This document shows positions 30,100 to 39,801 of a stretch of DNA of 64,000 nucleotides, one piece after another (position 1 is the first letter of the stretch; every line of letters begins with the position of its first letter). The DNA lies in contig CAVVMW010000006.1 in assembly GCA_963749495.1 (NCBI GenBank), positions 512,001-576,000 on the forward strand. The letters are read 5' to 3'. This DNA comes from an uncultured bacterium (GTDB lineage: Bacteria > Verrucomicrobiota > Verrucomicrobiia > Limisphaerales > UBA8199). The position numbers and the translations under genes were made by a program. Under the pieces are notes generated by a model. It saw nothing but the letters and a program-made list of their open reading frames with translations, was not told where the DNA came from and did no database searches.

Positions 30100-30849
30100 T
30101 CAACCAGGAGACATGAACTGTGGTTCTTTCCTCGTGAAGCGGAGCGCGGTCGAAAGAGGGTTACAGTAAATTATGTGAAATGGTGATTCTCGAAAGTTCT
30201 TGACTACGAAGAGGAAGAACCGGCCTGCGAGCGCCGAAGCCATTTCGTATTCTTTTGGCGTGAGGGAAAGGCCGCCGCTTCGCTCCGCGAGGCCTTTGAC
30301 CTCCACAGCAAGGAAATCGTCGGGGGTAGGAGGGTGAAGGCGGAAGTCGTACCCACAGCCTACTCGGGTGGTGTTCTCGAGCGTGCAGTTTTTGAACTGC
30401 CAGAGAGTTTGGAACACCGATTGGAAATAGTTTTCCGCCGCCAAGCCCGTAACGAGCCTCCTGGCAAACAAGGACTCTCCCTTTGTCAGGTCGCGCTTCG
30501 GCTCCAGCTCGCTCCAGGCACTCTCGTCGTAACCAGCAAATGACTTTATTAGTGCAGTGAATGTCGCGAGGTCCAGGTCTTTGTAGTCCTCAAAGACTTC
30601 TAGACAATACGCGCGCGTTGGGCGCTTGTGCCACCCCTTCCGCTTGTTCGGAAACAGCGGGTCGAATTCATCGCGGTAATTCTTGATTGAGGCTGGCTTG
30701 TGGCCTAGTGCGTAGCCGATAACATTGAACGCTTCGATGAAGCTGTCGAAGCCAAGTTCGTTGAGCCCAACGGTGTCGTACTTCGAGAGGTAAAGTCCGG
30801 TGAGAATCAGTTTCTCTCGCGGTGCGATTTGGTGCGGATCGAGGAGCAT
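30100..30849 (-). CDS. DUF3883-domain putative PD-(D/E)xK nuclease (C-terminus possibly truncated)
   Basis: SIKNYRDEFDPLFPNKRKGW; TGLAAENYF; GCGYDF...AVEVKG...LTPKEY. Confidence 0.8.
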   Translation of the reverse strand: MLLDPHQIAPREKLILTGLYLSKYDTVGLNELGFDSFIEAFNVIGYALGHKPASIKNYRDEFDPLFPNKRKGWHKRPTRAYCLEVFEDYKDLDLATFTALIKSFAGYDESAWSELEPKRDLTKGESLFARRLVTGLAAENYFQSVFQTLWQFKNCTLENTTRVGCGYDFRLHPPTPDDFLAVEVKGLAERSGGLSLTPKEYEMASALAGRFFLFVVKNFRESPFHIIYCNPLSTALRFTRKEPQFMSPG

Positions 30850-31265
30850 GGATGGTGCTTTCTGTTAGTTCGCGCATTGTCAACACTGGTCCGAGGTAAC
30901 GGGGAGCCGAGCGCCGGGGAGCCCGTGGCGGGCACCCGCCAGCCGGCTTGGCGCAGCAAACGGTTGGTGCTGCGGTCCCGCGCTGCATTGCGGGAGATTT
31001 TGTTCTGCCAGTGTTCCCGATTACCCTGAGGCATTCTGCAGTGCCAGCGGCAGCCATGCCAGAAGCAGCCGTCCACGAAAATGGCCAAGCGTTGCCGGCC
31101 AAAAATGAAGTCAGGGCACCCGGGTAAGGGTTGGTGTCTGCGCCAACCGGTGAGGCCCGCTGCGCGGAGGATGGCCGCGAGCCTAAGCTCGGTCGCTTTG
31201 TTGCCGCGCGAGCGGATGGCGGCCATCACTTGGGCACGCTTCTCTTTTGTGAATTGGTCCGGCAC
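30807..31265 (-). CDS. vsr: Very short patch repair endonuclease Vsr (C-terminal WE motif lost)
   Basis: MPDQFTKEKRAQVMAAIRS...PDF...AIFVDGCFWHGC...WQNKISRNAARD...GWRV, then unrelated sequence. Confidence 0.88.
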   Translation of the reverse strand: MPDQFTKEKRAQVMAAIRSRGNKATELRLAAILRAAGLTGWRRHQPLPGCPDFIFGRQRLAIFVDGCFWHGCRWHCRMPQGNREHWQNKISRNAARDRSTNRLLRQAGWRVPATGSPALGSPLPRTSVDNARTNRKHHPCSSIRTKSHRERN

Positions 31266-31699
31266 GCTGTCAACGTTGCGCAACCCTCGCATGCGGCGCG
31301 GACGATTGCACCACAAAAGTGTCGGCCCCCATCCTTTGAAGCGCCCGTGGGGATTGACGCGGCCGCGCCAGTTGAACCAGAAACAACCGGGGAAGCCTGA
31401 TCCGCTGACTCGATGAAGTGGTTCGGTGTGGCCGAGCCGATCCAAATCCAGGGCGTTACCTCTCTCGGCGGCTCGGCCACGGGCCGGACAGGAGGGGATG
31501 GCGGAGGGCCATCTGATCACAGCCCGATGGAATCTTCGTTGCGCTGGCCGAAGCAGTTGCGGAGGGCCTCGCAGAGGCGGATGATCCGGAGTTCGTTGTG
31601 GTCTTTCAACTGCCAAAGCCAACCGCCGAAGGCCCTGGGAATTGCGCTTGAGCTCGGTCGAATCGAATCTTTTCAGTGCAACCGGCGGTGGGTTTGGTT

Positions 31700-31918
31700 A
31701 TGAGCATGAGCGCGAAGGCTGAGGCGATTTTGGAACAGTCTGAGGGACTGCCCCCGGACGAACAACGGGCGTTGTGCCGGGAATTGGAGCGGTGGTTCGC
31801 CGTAAAGCCGGCCTGGGAACTCTACGGTCAACCACTGAGGGACGAGGACATTGCCGAAAGCGCCCTCGTCACCTTCGCGGCGCTCGACGAGGAGGAAAAG
31901 CGTGCCCGCTCGCGGTGA
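31700..31918 (+). CDS. Small antitoxin-like protein
   Basis: MSAKAEAILEQSEGLPPDEQRAL...FAALDEEEKR with an acidic tail overlapping a MazF-like start. Confidence 0.6.
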   Translation: MSMSAKAEAILEQSEGLPPDEQRALCRELERWFAVKPAWELYGQPLRDEDIAESALVTFAALDEEEKRARSR

Positions 31919-31985
31919 GGTCTGGCTCGTGGACCTGGGGGTGATCGAGAAGGTCTGGCCGCCTGTTGGACCAGGTTCAAGGTAA
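31902..31985 (+). pseudogene. 5' stub of a PemK/MazF toxin
   Basis: MPARGEVWLVDLGVIEKV matches the MazF N-terminus; stops after 27 codons at the start of a repeat element. Confidence 0.7.
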
Positions 31986-32146
31986 CCGGACGTGCCTTGC
32001 TCACTGGCCTTTCATCCCGGGGGGATGCCTGAGAATAGCCCGAACGCTTCAGCGTGCGTGGTGGGGCTTTTTTGAGAACCACGGAACGGAATACACGGGA
32101 AAAGGCCCTCCTTCCGTGTGTTCCGTGTATTCCGTGGTTTCTCTAT

Positions 32147-34516
32147 TCAGGCGGGGATGCTGACGTGGAGGTCATAGGTTCTGTTGGGCTGCGGGTTGGT
32201 GAGGTGGTTGGCGGGCAGGGGGTGGCCGTCGGCGGTCACTTGGGTAGCAGAAATGCCAGGCTGGCGGCGGATTTCGACATGGAAGGTCGCGCCGCGAAAT
32301 TCGCGGGTGACGTTGGCGTGGTCCCAGTGTGTGGGCAGTTGGGGTTGGATGACCAGGCCTTGCCTGTCGCCCCTGAGGCCGAAGAGGCCCTCGACGAGGC
32401 AGCGGTAGAACCACGAGACGGTGCCGGTATTGAACAAGTGGCTGGAGCGGCCGGCGGTGCGCGGGTGTTGGGAATAAGCCCCGCGGTAGTAATTGGGGAT
32501 ATAGACCGGCAGTTGGCCGCGCCGGCGGTAGTCGGCGGCATCCGGGCCGGGGATCATCTGGCGCAGCAGGCGGAAGGCGCGGTCGCGCTCGCCGACGGTG
32601 TAGAGGCTGCAGATGTAAAACGCGGCGGCGTGGTTATAGACCGAACCATTCTCGGCCGAGCCGGGGAATTTCTGGGTGACGCGGCCGATGTCGTCGCGCA
32701 TGGCGGTGAAGGCGGGGCCGAGGAGCATGACGCCGTAGGGGGTTTCGAGGTGCTCGGCTACGGCCTGGAGAATGAGGCGGCGCTGCGCTTCATTGGCGGC
32801 CCCGCTGAGAATGGCCCAGCTTTGCGGGTTGAGGAAGATGCGGCCTTCCTTGTCTTTGCTGGCGCCGAAGATGACACCGTCGTCGGTGATGCCCCGGGCG
32901 AACCATCGTCCGTCCCAAAGCCAGGTGTTGACGGCCTGGTTGATCTCGAGGGCGCCGGTCCTGAATTGTTGCGCCAGTTGGGGGGCGTTTTCATCCGCGC
33001 AGATCTCGGCCCAAAGGTTCAGGGCGTAGGCCGTGGCGAGCGAGAGCCAGCCGGAGACGCCTTTGCCCTTGTAGCCCACCATGTTCATGGGGTCGCACCA
33101 GTCGCCCTGGCCGATGTAGCTCAACCCGCGCTGGTCGCGGGCCTGGAGCAGCCAGCGCATGGCGTGGGTAATCCGCTCGAAGGCAGTGAGGCTGCGGCTC
33201 TGGGCGTCGGTCACTGGCTCGCGCAGGATGGCATAGTCGTTGGTTTCGTCCAGGTAGGCCTTGAGGCAAACGGGCAGCCAGACGCAATGGTCGGCATGGG
33301 GAATCCGGTTGATGTATTTCAAGGTTGCGCCTTGGGCCAGGAGGATGCCATCGGGCATGGCGCCGCCGGCTTCCTGCTGGCTGAGTGCGCGCAGGAACGT
33401 GGCGCGGGCAACCTGGGGTTGGATGTAGCTCATGCCCATGTTGTCCTGGAGGTAATTGCGGGTCTGCGGATCGGTCGTGAGGCGGTTGACGTCGCCATGA
33501 TAGAAGACCTGGCGCGGCAACCAGTGATTGACGAAGTTGTCCAGGACGGGGTCCGGGGTTTGGATTTTGAGGCAGCCTTTGCCCTGGGCGATGTGTGCGG
33601 CGTATTGGGCGGCGGCGCGCGCGAAGCCTTCGGCGCCGAGGTGCTTGTCGCGCAAGGCGATTATCTCCGCATCGTCAAACGCCGGACCGAAGATGAAGCG
33701 GTAGTCCTCGCCCCGGCCGGGGGCCAGTTGCAGGCGGTATTGCAGGACGGCCAACGGCGTCTCGTAGAGGGCGTCGCCTTTGGAGAGCTCTGGCTGCTGG
33801 GCGCCGGTTGGATGGTGCAGACCGCCTTCGCCTTCGAAGGCCTCCTGTCTTGCCTCCCAGGCTGCCGGCGCTCGATCCGCGAGGAAGAACGTTTTGTCTT
33901 TGAAACTCCTTTGGCTGAAGTAGTCGTCCACCCGTTGATAGGGGGTCACGCAGGCGGCGACGATGCCGGCCAGGTCCGGGCGGTATTGGGCGCACTGGTT
34001 CATCCAGCTCATGTAGCCTATGGGAAAATAGGGGTAGAGACTCAGCTTGCGCGGGCGGGCGGAGCGGTTGCGGACCTGCACGCTCCAGAGTTCGACCACG
34101 TCGTCGGCGGCGAGCCCAACAACGATCTCCAGAGCGACGCCATCCTTCTCGATGCTCCAGCGAATGTCACTCTTGCCCACGGAGAACGTGAAGCGATCGA
34201 GCGGGGCGCGGACGGGTTCGTAAGGAGCGGAAAACAGCGCGCCGGTCTGCTCGTCCTTCACGTAGAAGAAGCGGCCGGGGTGGTGGGAGTAATAGGGTTG
34301 CTCCGGCTGCATGAAGGACCTGGCTTCGAGGTTGGGGGCGTAAGCGTATTTGGCCGGCTCCGGCTGCATGAACTGGGCGACGGCATAGCCGCGGCAAGTG
34401 ATCTGGAGCAGCATGCGCCGGTTCCACAGGAAGCCTGCAGCGCGGGGAAGGTCCAAGGGGTTGTCGAGCTCGAAGCGCTCGCCGTTATGGGTAGGTTGCA
34501 GCGCCGGATTACTCAT
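32147..34516 (-). CDS. GH94 glycoside phosphorylase, cellobionic acid phosphorylase-like
   Basis: [29 protein letters not shown], catalytic [28 protein letters not shown]. Confidence 0.9.
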   Translation of the reverse strand: MSNPALQPTHNGERFELDNPLDLPRAAGFLWNRRMLLQITCRGYAVAQFMQPEPAKYAYAPNLEARSFMQPEQPYYSHHPGRFFYVKDEQTGALFSAPYEPVRAPLDRFTFSVGKSDIRWSIEKDGVALEIVVGLAADDVVELWSVQVRNRSARPRKLSLYPYFPIGYMSWMNQCAQYRPDLAGIVAACVTPYQRVDDYFSQRSFKDKTFFLADRAPAAWEARQEAFEGEGGLHHPTGAQQPELSKGDALYETPLAVLQYRLQLAPGRGEDYRFIFGPAFDDAEIIALRDKHLGAEGFARAAAQYAAHIAQGKGCLKIQTPDPVLDNFVNHWLPRQVFYHGDVNRLTTDPQTRNYLQDNMGMSYIQPQVARATFLRALSQQEAGGAMPDGILLAQGATLKYINRIPHADHCVWLPVCLKAYLDETNDYAILREPVTDAQSRSLTAFERITHAMRWLLQARDQRGLSYIGQGDWCDPMNMVGYKGKGVSGWLSLATAYALNLWAEICADENAPQLAQQFRTGALEINQAVNTWLWDGRWFARGITDDGVIFGASKDKEGRIFLNPQSWAILSGAANEAQRRLILQAVAEHLETPYGVMLLGPAFTAMRDDIGRVTQKFPGSAENGSVYNHAAAFYICSLYTVGERDRAFRLLRQMIPGPDAADYRRRGQLPVYIPNYYRGAYSQHPRTAGRSSHLFNTGTVSWFYRCLVEGLFGLRGDRQGLVIQPQLPTHWDHANVTREFRGATFHVEIRRQPGISATQVTADGHPLPANHLTNPQPNRTYDLHVSIPA

Positions 34517-35909
34517 TAACTTGGGCCGGTTTGGCGGTTGCCGAAGCGGTTTTTCGCTGCTCCAGGTGGGTTTGGATTTGGGACAGGGTCTTATTATCCA
34601 GCTTGTAGAAGATCATCACCGCTGCGGCCAGGAACGCGAACAGGGCGGGGATGAGCGACATCAAAAGGATGATGCCGGTCTGAGATTTGGGAGTCTGGGC
34701 GACGTTGGCCACGTAGCCGAGGCCGGTAAATACCCAGCCCATCGTCACGGCCGCCAGGGCCGTGCCGAGTTTCTGGGAGAAGGTGGCGGCGGCGAAGGTG
34801 AGGGCGGTCGCCCGGCGCCCCGTGCGCCATTCGGTGTAGTCGGCCGTATCGGCATACATGGCGAAGGCCAGCGGCGATTTGGGGCCAAGCACAAGGCCCA
34901 TGGCGATTTGCAGGGCGAACATCGAGGCGATTTGGTCCTTTGGAACAAAGAAAAACACGATGGACAGAAGGCCCGTGGCGCTCATCAGAATCATCAACAA
35001 GACCCTTTTGTCCAGGAAGCGCGTCAGCAGGGGTGTGAGCGAGGCGCCGGCCGCTGCCGCCATCGTGTAGGCGGCCACGAGCGTTCCCGCCAGTTCGGGG
35101 CGCCGGACATAATATTTGCAGTAGTAGGTGGCAGTCGAACTGCGCAGCGTGATCGTGATCATGATGATCAGCGCCAGGACGAACAGGACCATCCAGGGAC
35201 CGTTATGGGCCAGGTCTTTCACATCCTGCCAGACGCGGGTCTTTTGAGCGGGAGGCGGGGTAATGCGCTCGCGGGTATTGAAAAAGGTCACTGCGAAGAT
35301 GCACGAGGCGGCAATGCCCCAAAACATCATGGTCGGGGGCCAACCCAATCGCGGGTTGCCCCGGCCCAGCCATTTCACCAGGAACGGCGTGAGCGAGGTC
35401 ACCAGCGTGCTGCCAGTGAAGGCGAAGATGAAGCGCAGGCCGTTGATGGTGGAGCGCTCCTGAGGATCGCCCGACATGACGCCCGAGAGGGCATTGTAGG
35501 GGATGTTGATGCCGGTGTAGCAGGTCATCATCAGGAGGTATGTGCCGTAGGCCCAGAGCAGTTTTCCGCCGCCGCTCAGGTTCGGCGTGGTGTAAGTGAG
35601 GACGCCGGCGCAGGCCAGGGGCAGGGCCATCCAGATCAAGTAGGGACGGAACTTGCCGAAGCGCGTCCGGGTGCGGTCCGCGGCGGCGCCAATGACGGGG
35701 TCGGTGAAGGCATTGACCACTTTGATGGCAAAGAGCATGGAGCCCGCGGCGGCGGCGGAGATGCCAAAGACATCCGTGTAGAAGATCATCAGGAAGGTGG
35801 CGATATTGGCCCAGAAGAAATTGAACCCCATATCGGCCAGACCGTAGCTGATCTTCTCACGCCAAGGTATATGGCGGGCTGCCGAGGTTGCGCCGGCAAC
35901 GGTGTTCAC
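34509..35909 (-). CDS. GPH-family MFS sugar:cation symporter
   Basis: [52 protein letters not shown]. Confidence 0.95.
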   Translation of the reverse strand: MNTVAGATSAARHIPWREKISYGLADMGFNFFWANIATFLMIFYTDVFGISAAAAGSMLFAIKVVNAFTDPVIGAAADRTRTRFGKFRPYLIWMALPLACAGVLTYTTPNLSGGGKLLWAYGTYLLMMTCYTGINIPYNALSGVMSGDPQERSTINGLRFIFAFTGSTLVTSLTPFLVKWLGRGNPRLGWPPTMMFWGIAASCIFAVTFFNTRERITPPPAQKTRVWQDVKDLAHNGPWMVLFVLALIIMITITLRSSTATYYCKYYVRRPELAGTLVAAYTMAAAAGASLTPLLTRFLDKRVLLMILMSATGLLSIVFFFVPKDQIASMFALQIAMGLVLGPKSPLAFAMYADTADYTEWRTGRRATALTFAAATFSQKLGTALAAVTMGWVFTGLGYVANVAQTPKSQTGIILLMSLIPALFAFLAAAVMIFYKLDNKTLSQIQTHLEQRKTASATAKPAQVNE

Positions 35910-36118
35910 GGGAGCGCCTGGTTCTTATTCGCCCCAACGGCTTAGTGGTATCTCATGCCGCCCGGTTTTAGCATGGCCGCCGGGTCAAGGGCAAACCCTC
36001 TATTTCCTCAAGGGCTGGTATGAAGGATGCCGTTGGCGTCCCATCCCGGGCGAATAATCCTCTGCGCCAGAGCGTCTAATTGTTCAGGGAGTCCGGAGGC
36101 AAACCCCGCGGAGAATCG

Positions 36119-36338
36119 ATGCATGATAGACCCACGGCGAAACGAAATCCAATCTGCTGCGGGAGTGCTGGGCGGCGGCACGGAGGCGCGATCACTCCTG
36201 GCCGAATTGGCTCAGTTGAAAGCCACGCTCGCCGGCAACGAGATCCAGCGGCGGGTGCCGCAGAGCCGGCAACGCTATTGGAGCAGAATCGAACGAGCCA
36301 TCACCCGGAAGGGGGCCGCTGCACGGCACTTTGAGTGA
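36119..36338 (+). pseudogene. Possible anti-sigma factor fragment
   Basis: EARSLLAELAQLKATLAGNE...VPQSRQRYWSRIERAI resembles the region after the zf-HC2 domain of anti-sigma factors; ends at a palindromic repeat. Confidence 0.35.
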
Positions 36339-36345
36339 CTTTCGC

Positions 36346-36428
36346 GGCCTTTGTCGCAGCCTTTGTCGCGGCCTTTGTCGAACCCCGGCTCCGCTCGACA
36401 AGGGCTGCGACAAAGGTTGCGACAAAGA
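36346..36428. repeat. CCTTTGTCGCGG-family palindrome
   Basis: cctttgtcgcagcctttgtcgcggcctttgtcga ... tcgacaagggctgcgacaaaggttgcgacaaag. Confidence 0.85.
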
Positions 36429-36498
36429 TACCAAAGTCATGAAATATCCGCATTTAGTCGCAGTGGCCGGCACCCAGGTTTTGCTGGCTGGCTGCGCG

Positions 36499-37044
36499 TC
36501 AACCCTGAAGGTCTTCCGGGTTCACACGGTCCGCCCTGACTATGAAGTGGGGTTTCTCCGGGCCCTGTCCAGTGTGTTTGCGCAGGGCGTCCATCACGCG
36601 CTTGACGAATTCCGGCGAGTCGTGCGGCCCCTGGATGTAAAGCGGCTTGCCCTCCTGGCCGAAGGTGAAGGTCGTGCGGCACTCAGTCGAATCGATTCCG
36701 CTCAGCACATGGCTGGCTCGCTTGTAATCAGGGTGCGGCTCCAGACCGAAGCTTCGGGCGTAGGCGATGGCATCCTCGATCAGCTTTTTCGCGCAGGCTG
36801 GAGCGAGGGGCTCCCTGCCCTCCCGGAAGACGCGGTCCAGGAAACTCTCCCAGTTGGCAGCCGGCATCCGGGTCATGAAGGCGTCCTTGACACCCAGGCA
36901 AAAGGCATCCACGAGGAAGACCCCCACTGTCATTATGCCGCCGGCGCCGCTGGCCTTTTGCTGGCCGACCACCACCTCACCCATGCCGCTGTCCGGGTCG
37001 AACATCTTCAGCGACCGAAATGCCTCATAGGTTTTCTTTGACAT
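36499..37044 (-). CDS. Hypothetical protein
   Basis: GVFLVDAFCLGVKDAF...AIAYARSFGLEPHPDY...FTFGQEGKPLYIQGPHD has globular protein character; ATG 37044. Confidence 0.8.
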   Translation of the reverse strand: MSKKTYEAFRSLKMFDPDSGMGEVVVGQQKASGAGGIMTVGVFLVDAFCLGVKDAFMTRMPAANWESFLDRVFREGREPLAPACAKKLIEDAIAYARSFGLEPHPDYKRASHVLSGIDSTECRTTFTFGQEGKPLYIQGPHDSPEFVKRVMDALRKHTGQGPEKPHFIVRADRVNPEDLQG

Positions 37045-37484
37045 ACTTCTTGCGAGTGCGGGGCGTCTCTTCGTTGCAGCCCCCGTCTGTCCTGAACGAA
37101 ACAGGAGGTTGCTCGCTCTCGAGGCCCTGAACAATTCTCGGACGACACACTGCCATGATCATGCGCCTGGTTTCAAGAAGAACTACCGAGCTCCAGGGTC
37201 CGTCTTGAGGAACCTGAGCAACTGCTCGGTTACCTTCCGGCAACCGGCTACGCCTGCGTGCATGCGCAAAGCGCATCGAGGTGGCGGAGCTCAAGTCCAG
37301 AGACAAGCTGCCGGGCCGCCGCGGCACGTTGCCGGGCACCCAAGGGAGCTTCGCCGCCCTCACGCCGGAGAGTCTGATCCTCACGGCCTTCAAGGCCGCC
37401 GAAGCCGGCCGGAGACTCGTCGCGCGCAATTGACTCGCGCAAGCTGTGAAGAACCGCACTCATAGCAGCGCGGTTTTTCCTGCT

Positions 37485-37513
37485 TTGCCAGCCCCGGGCT
37501 TCCTGGTTACTCT
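37485..37513 (+). promoter_or_regulatory. Leaderless sigma70-like promoter of trpS
   Basis: TTGCCA-17 nt-TACTCT, 5 nt before ATG 37519. Confidence 0.55.
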
Positions 37514-37518
37514 ATGGG

Positions 37519-38484
37519 ATGCGAATCTTATCAGGCATCCAGCCCTCGGGCGCGCTGCACCTGGGCAATTATTTTGGGATGATGCGCCAGTCGCTCGCCT
37601 TGCAGGAGCAGGGCGAGGCCTATTATTTCATCGCCAACTACCATTCGATGACCTCGCTGTTCGACCCGGAGCTGCGGCGCCGGAACACGCTGGACGTGGC
37701 GCTGGATTTCCTGGCCTGCGGGCTGGACCCCAAGCGAACGGTGTTCTTCCGCCAGTCCGACGTGCCGGAGGTGACGGAATTGACCTGGCTGCTCGGGACG
37801 GTCACGCCGATGGGCCTGCTGGAGCGGTGCCACTCTTACAAAGACAAGCTGGCCCGGGGCATTTCACCCAACTTCGGCCTGTTTGCCTACCCGGTGTTGA
37901 TGGCGGCGGACATCCTCATTTACGACTCGAACATCGTGCCGGTGGGCCGCGACCAGAAGCAGCATGTGGAGGTGACGCGCGACATCGCCATCAAGTTCAA
38001 CGAGCAGTATGGGCAGACGTTCGTCGTGCCCGAGCCCCAGATCCAGGAGGCCACGGCCGCCATTCCGGGCACGGACGGCCAGAAGATGAGCAAGAGCTAC
38101 GGCAATACCATCGATATCTTCGGCGAGGAAAAGGCCCTCCGCAAGCAGGTCATGGGCATCGTGATGGACAGCCGCACCCCGCAGGAACCCAAGCCCGACG
38201 CCGATAAGAACCTGGCCATCCAGTTGCTCAGGCAGGTGGCCCCGGCCCAGGTGGCAACGGATTACGAGGACCGCCTCCGCGCCGGCGGACTTGGCTACGG
38301 CGACCTCAAGAAGACCCTCTTCCAATACTACTGGGAGCACTTCGCCGCCGCCCGCGCCAAACGCGCGGAACTGGCCGCGAACCTCGGCTGCGTCGAGCAA
38401 GTCCTCCGCGACGGCGCCACCCGCGCCCGGACCAAGGCCCGCGAGGTCCTCGCCCGCGCCAGGAAGGCCAGCGGGGTGGAGTAA
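37519..38484 (+). CDS. trpS: Tryptophan--tRNA ligase
   Basis: RILSGIQPSGALHLGNY, YPVLMAADIL, VPVGRDQKQH, KMSKS. Confidence 0.98.
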   Translation: MRILSGIQPSGALHLGNYFGMMRQSLALQEQGEAYYFIANYHSMTSLFDPELRRRNTLDVALDFLACGLDPKRTVFFRQSDVPEVTELTWLLGTVTPMGLLERCHSYKDKLARGISPNFGLFAYPVLMAADILIYDSNIVPVGRDQKQHVEVTRDIAIKFNEQYGQTFVVPEPQIQEATAAIPGTDGQKMSKSYGNTIDIFGEEKALRKQVMGIVMDSRTPQEPKPDADKNLAIQLLRQVAPAQVATDYEDRLRAGGLGYGDLKKTLFQYYWEHFAAARAKRAELAANLGCVEQVLRDGATRARTKAREVLARARKASGVE

Positions 38485-38559
38485 CGGCGGCGCAGGTGCA
38501 GCGACGCTTATCCCCAGGATTTGCGGCCGAACTCAGCGGCCCGCCCCGGCCGAGTGCTG

Positions 38560-38746
38560 TCCCGGAGGGACACCCGACAATAGCCCAACGTTTCAACGTT
38601 GGGTACGAGCGCCCAAACCCTCACAAGTCCCGAAGGGACGGCTGAGTCGGGGACGATTTCAACCGTCCCTTCGGGATTTGTTGACCTTTGTTTGACTAAA
38701 CCCAACGTTGAAACGTTGGGCTATTCTCATAGGTCCCTCCGGGACG
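38560..38746. repeat. Nested cruciform REP/MITE-like element
   Basis: tcccggagggac..aatagcccaacgtttcaacgttggg..tcccgaagggacgg..ccgtcccttcggga..cccaacgttgaaacgttgggctatt..gtccctccggga; homologous copy at 60081-60268. Confidence 0.9.
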
Positions 38747-39619
38747 AGCATGAAGTCCTGGTGACATCAGGTGCAGCGACTGCGCCAGCACTGGCGAGAG
38801 ATGCAGCGATTCGACGGTGACTTCGGTACGGCCAAGCAAGGTTGCCTGCGAGGAGCGGCCGGCTTCGAGTTCGACGAGGTGAAGCCGCAAACGGTCGGGC
38901 AGTTTGCGCCCATGGACTCGGTCACCAGTCCGCCCGTCATAGCTAACCAGGTACTTGATTTCCCGGTAATTGAGCGATTCCAGCACCTCGATGAATTCAT
39001 CGAAGAGCACGCCCCGCAGATAGCGCGGGTCGCGCTCGCCGCAGACGCCTTGGTACGGAGGATCCAAGTAGATTAGGTCGTCTTGCGTGGCTTGGGCCAC
39101 CACTTCCCGGTAATCGAGCGAGAGGCACGTGGTTCTCCCCCGGAGCAGGTGGGATGCGCCAAAAATGTGTCCTCGCATCGTTTCCGGGAGCGCGCCCCTG
39201 CGGCGGTTGTCCGGACTTTGATTGAACTCACCGTTGGCGTTATAGCGCACGGCGGCCTTCACGCAACGGGCCAGCAGGTAGAGCAGGCGATCCGGGCGCG
39301 CCTTCCGGTTGAACTCATCCCGAATCCTGTCGTAATACTGCCGGCGATCCTGGTGTTGTGCGCGCCAGATCGTTTCGTACTGACGGGCGAGAACCTCGGG
39401 CGAGTCGATAATCGCCTGCCACAGATCGATGAGCGGTTTGTTAAGGTCGTTGATGATGTAGCGTTCAGCGAGTGCCTGCGCTGACGCAGCGAGCGTGATT
39501 GCGGCAGACCCGGCAAACGGCTCGATGAGTGTGGCGACTTTGCCCGGAAAGCAGGCGAGAATGGCCGGGGCGAGATTGCGCTTGCTGCCCTGGTACGGGA
39601 TGGGGTGCGGCACTCTCAT
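38696..39619 (-). CDS. DNA adenine methyltransferase (Dam/D12 class)
   Basis: PIPYQGSKR, IEPFAGSAA, INDLN, YLDPPY; start ATG 39619; C-terminus reads into the REP element. Confidence 0.92.
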   Translation of the reverse strand: MRVPHPIPYQGSKRNLAPAILACFPGKVATLIEPFAGSAAITLAASAQALAERYIINDLNKPLIDLWQAIIDSPEVLARQYETIWRAQHQDRRQYYDRIRDEFNRKARPDRLLYLLARCVKAAVRYNANGEFNQSPDNRRRGALPETMRGHIFGASHLLRGRTTCLSLDYREVVAQATQDDLIYLDPPYQGVCGERDPRYLRGVLFDEFIEVLESLNYREIKYLVSYDGRTGDRVHGRKLPDRLRLHLVELEAGRSSQATLLGRTEVTVESLHLSPVLAQSLHLMSPGLHARPGGTYENSPTFQRWV

Positions 39620-39801
39620 GGCACCAAAGCGGTCCGAGGCGCCCGCGGGCGTCTGCCTGCACCGTGCAACCGATTCTCCCGATTCCGCTTCTGGATGGTT
39701 CACTGGAGAGACAATATGTTCTCGGCTGGCCCTCGGCAAGCCTGGAGTGCGGAGCGACGGAGGTTCGAGGCTGCCGGGCCCATCCCTGGCACTGGGCCAA
39801 C

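Noticed and set aside
31270..31640. N-terminal extension of Vsr or a separate gene
   Set aside because: Vsr homology starts at GTG 31265; the upstream text is an unassignable fragment with stops in the more protein-like frame.
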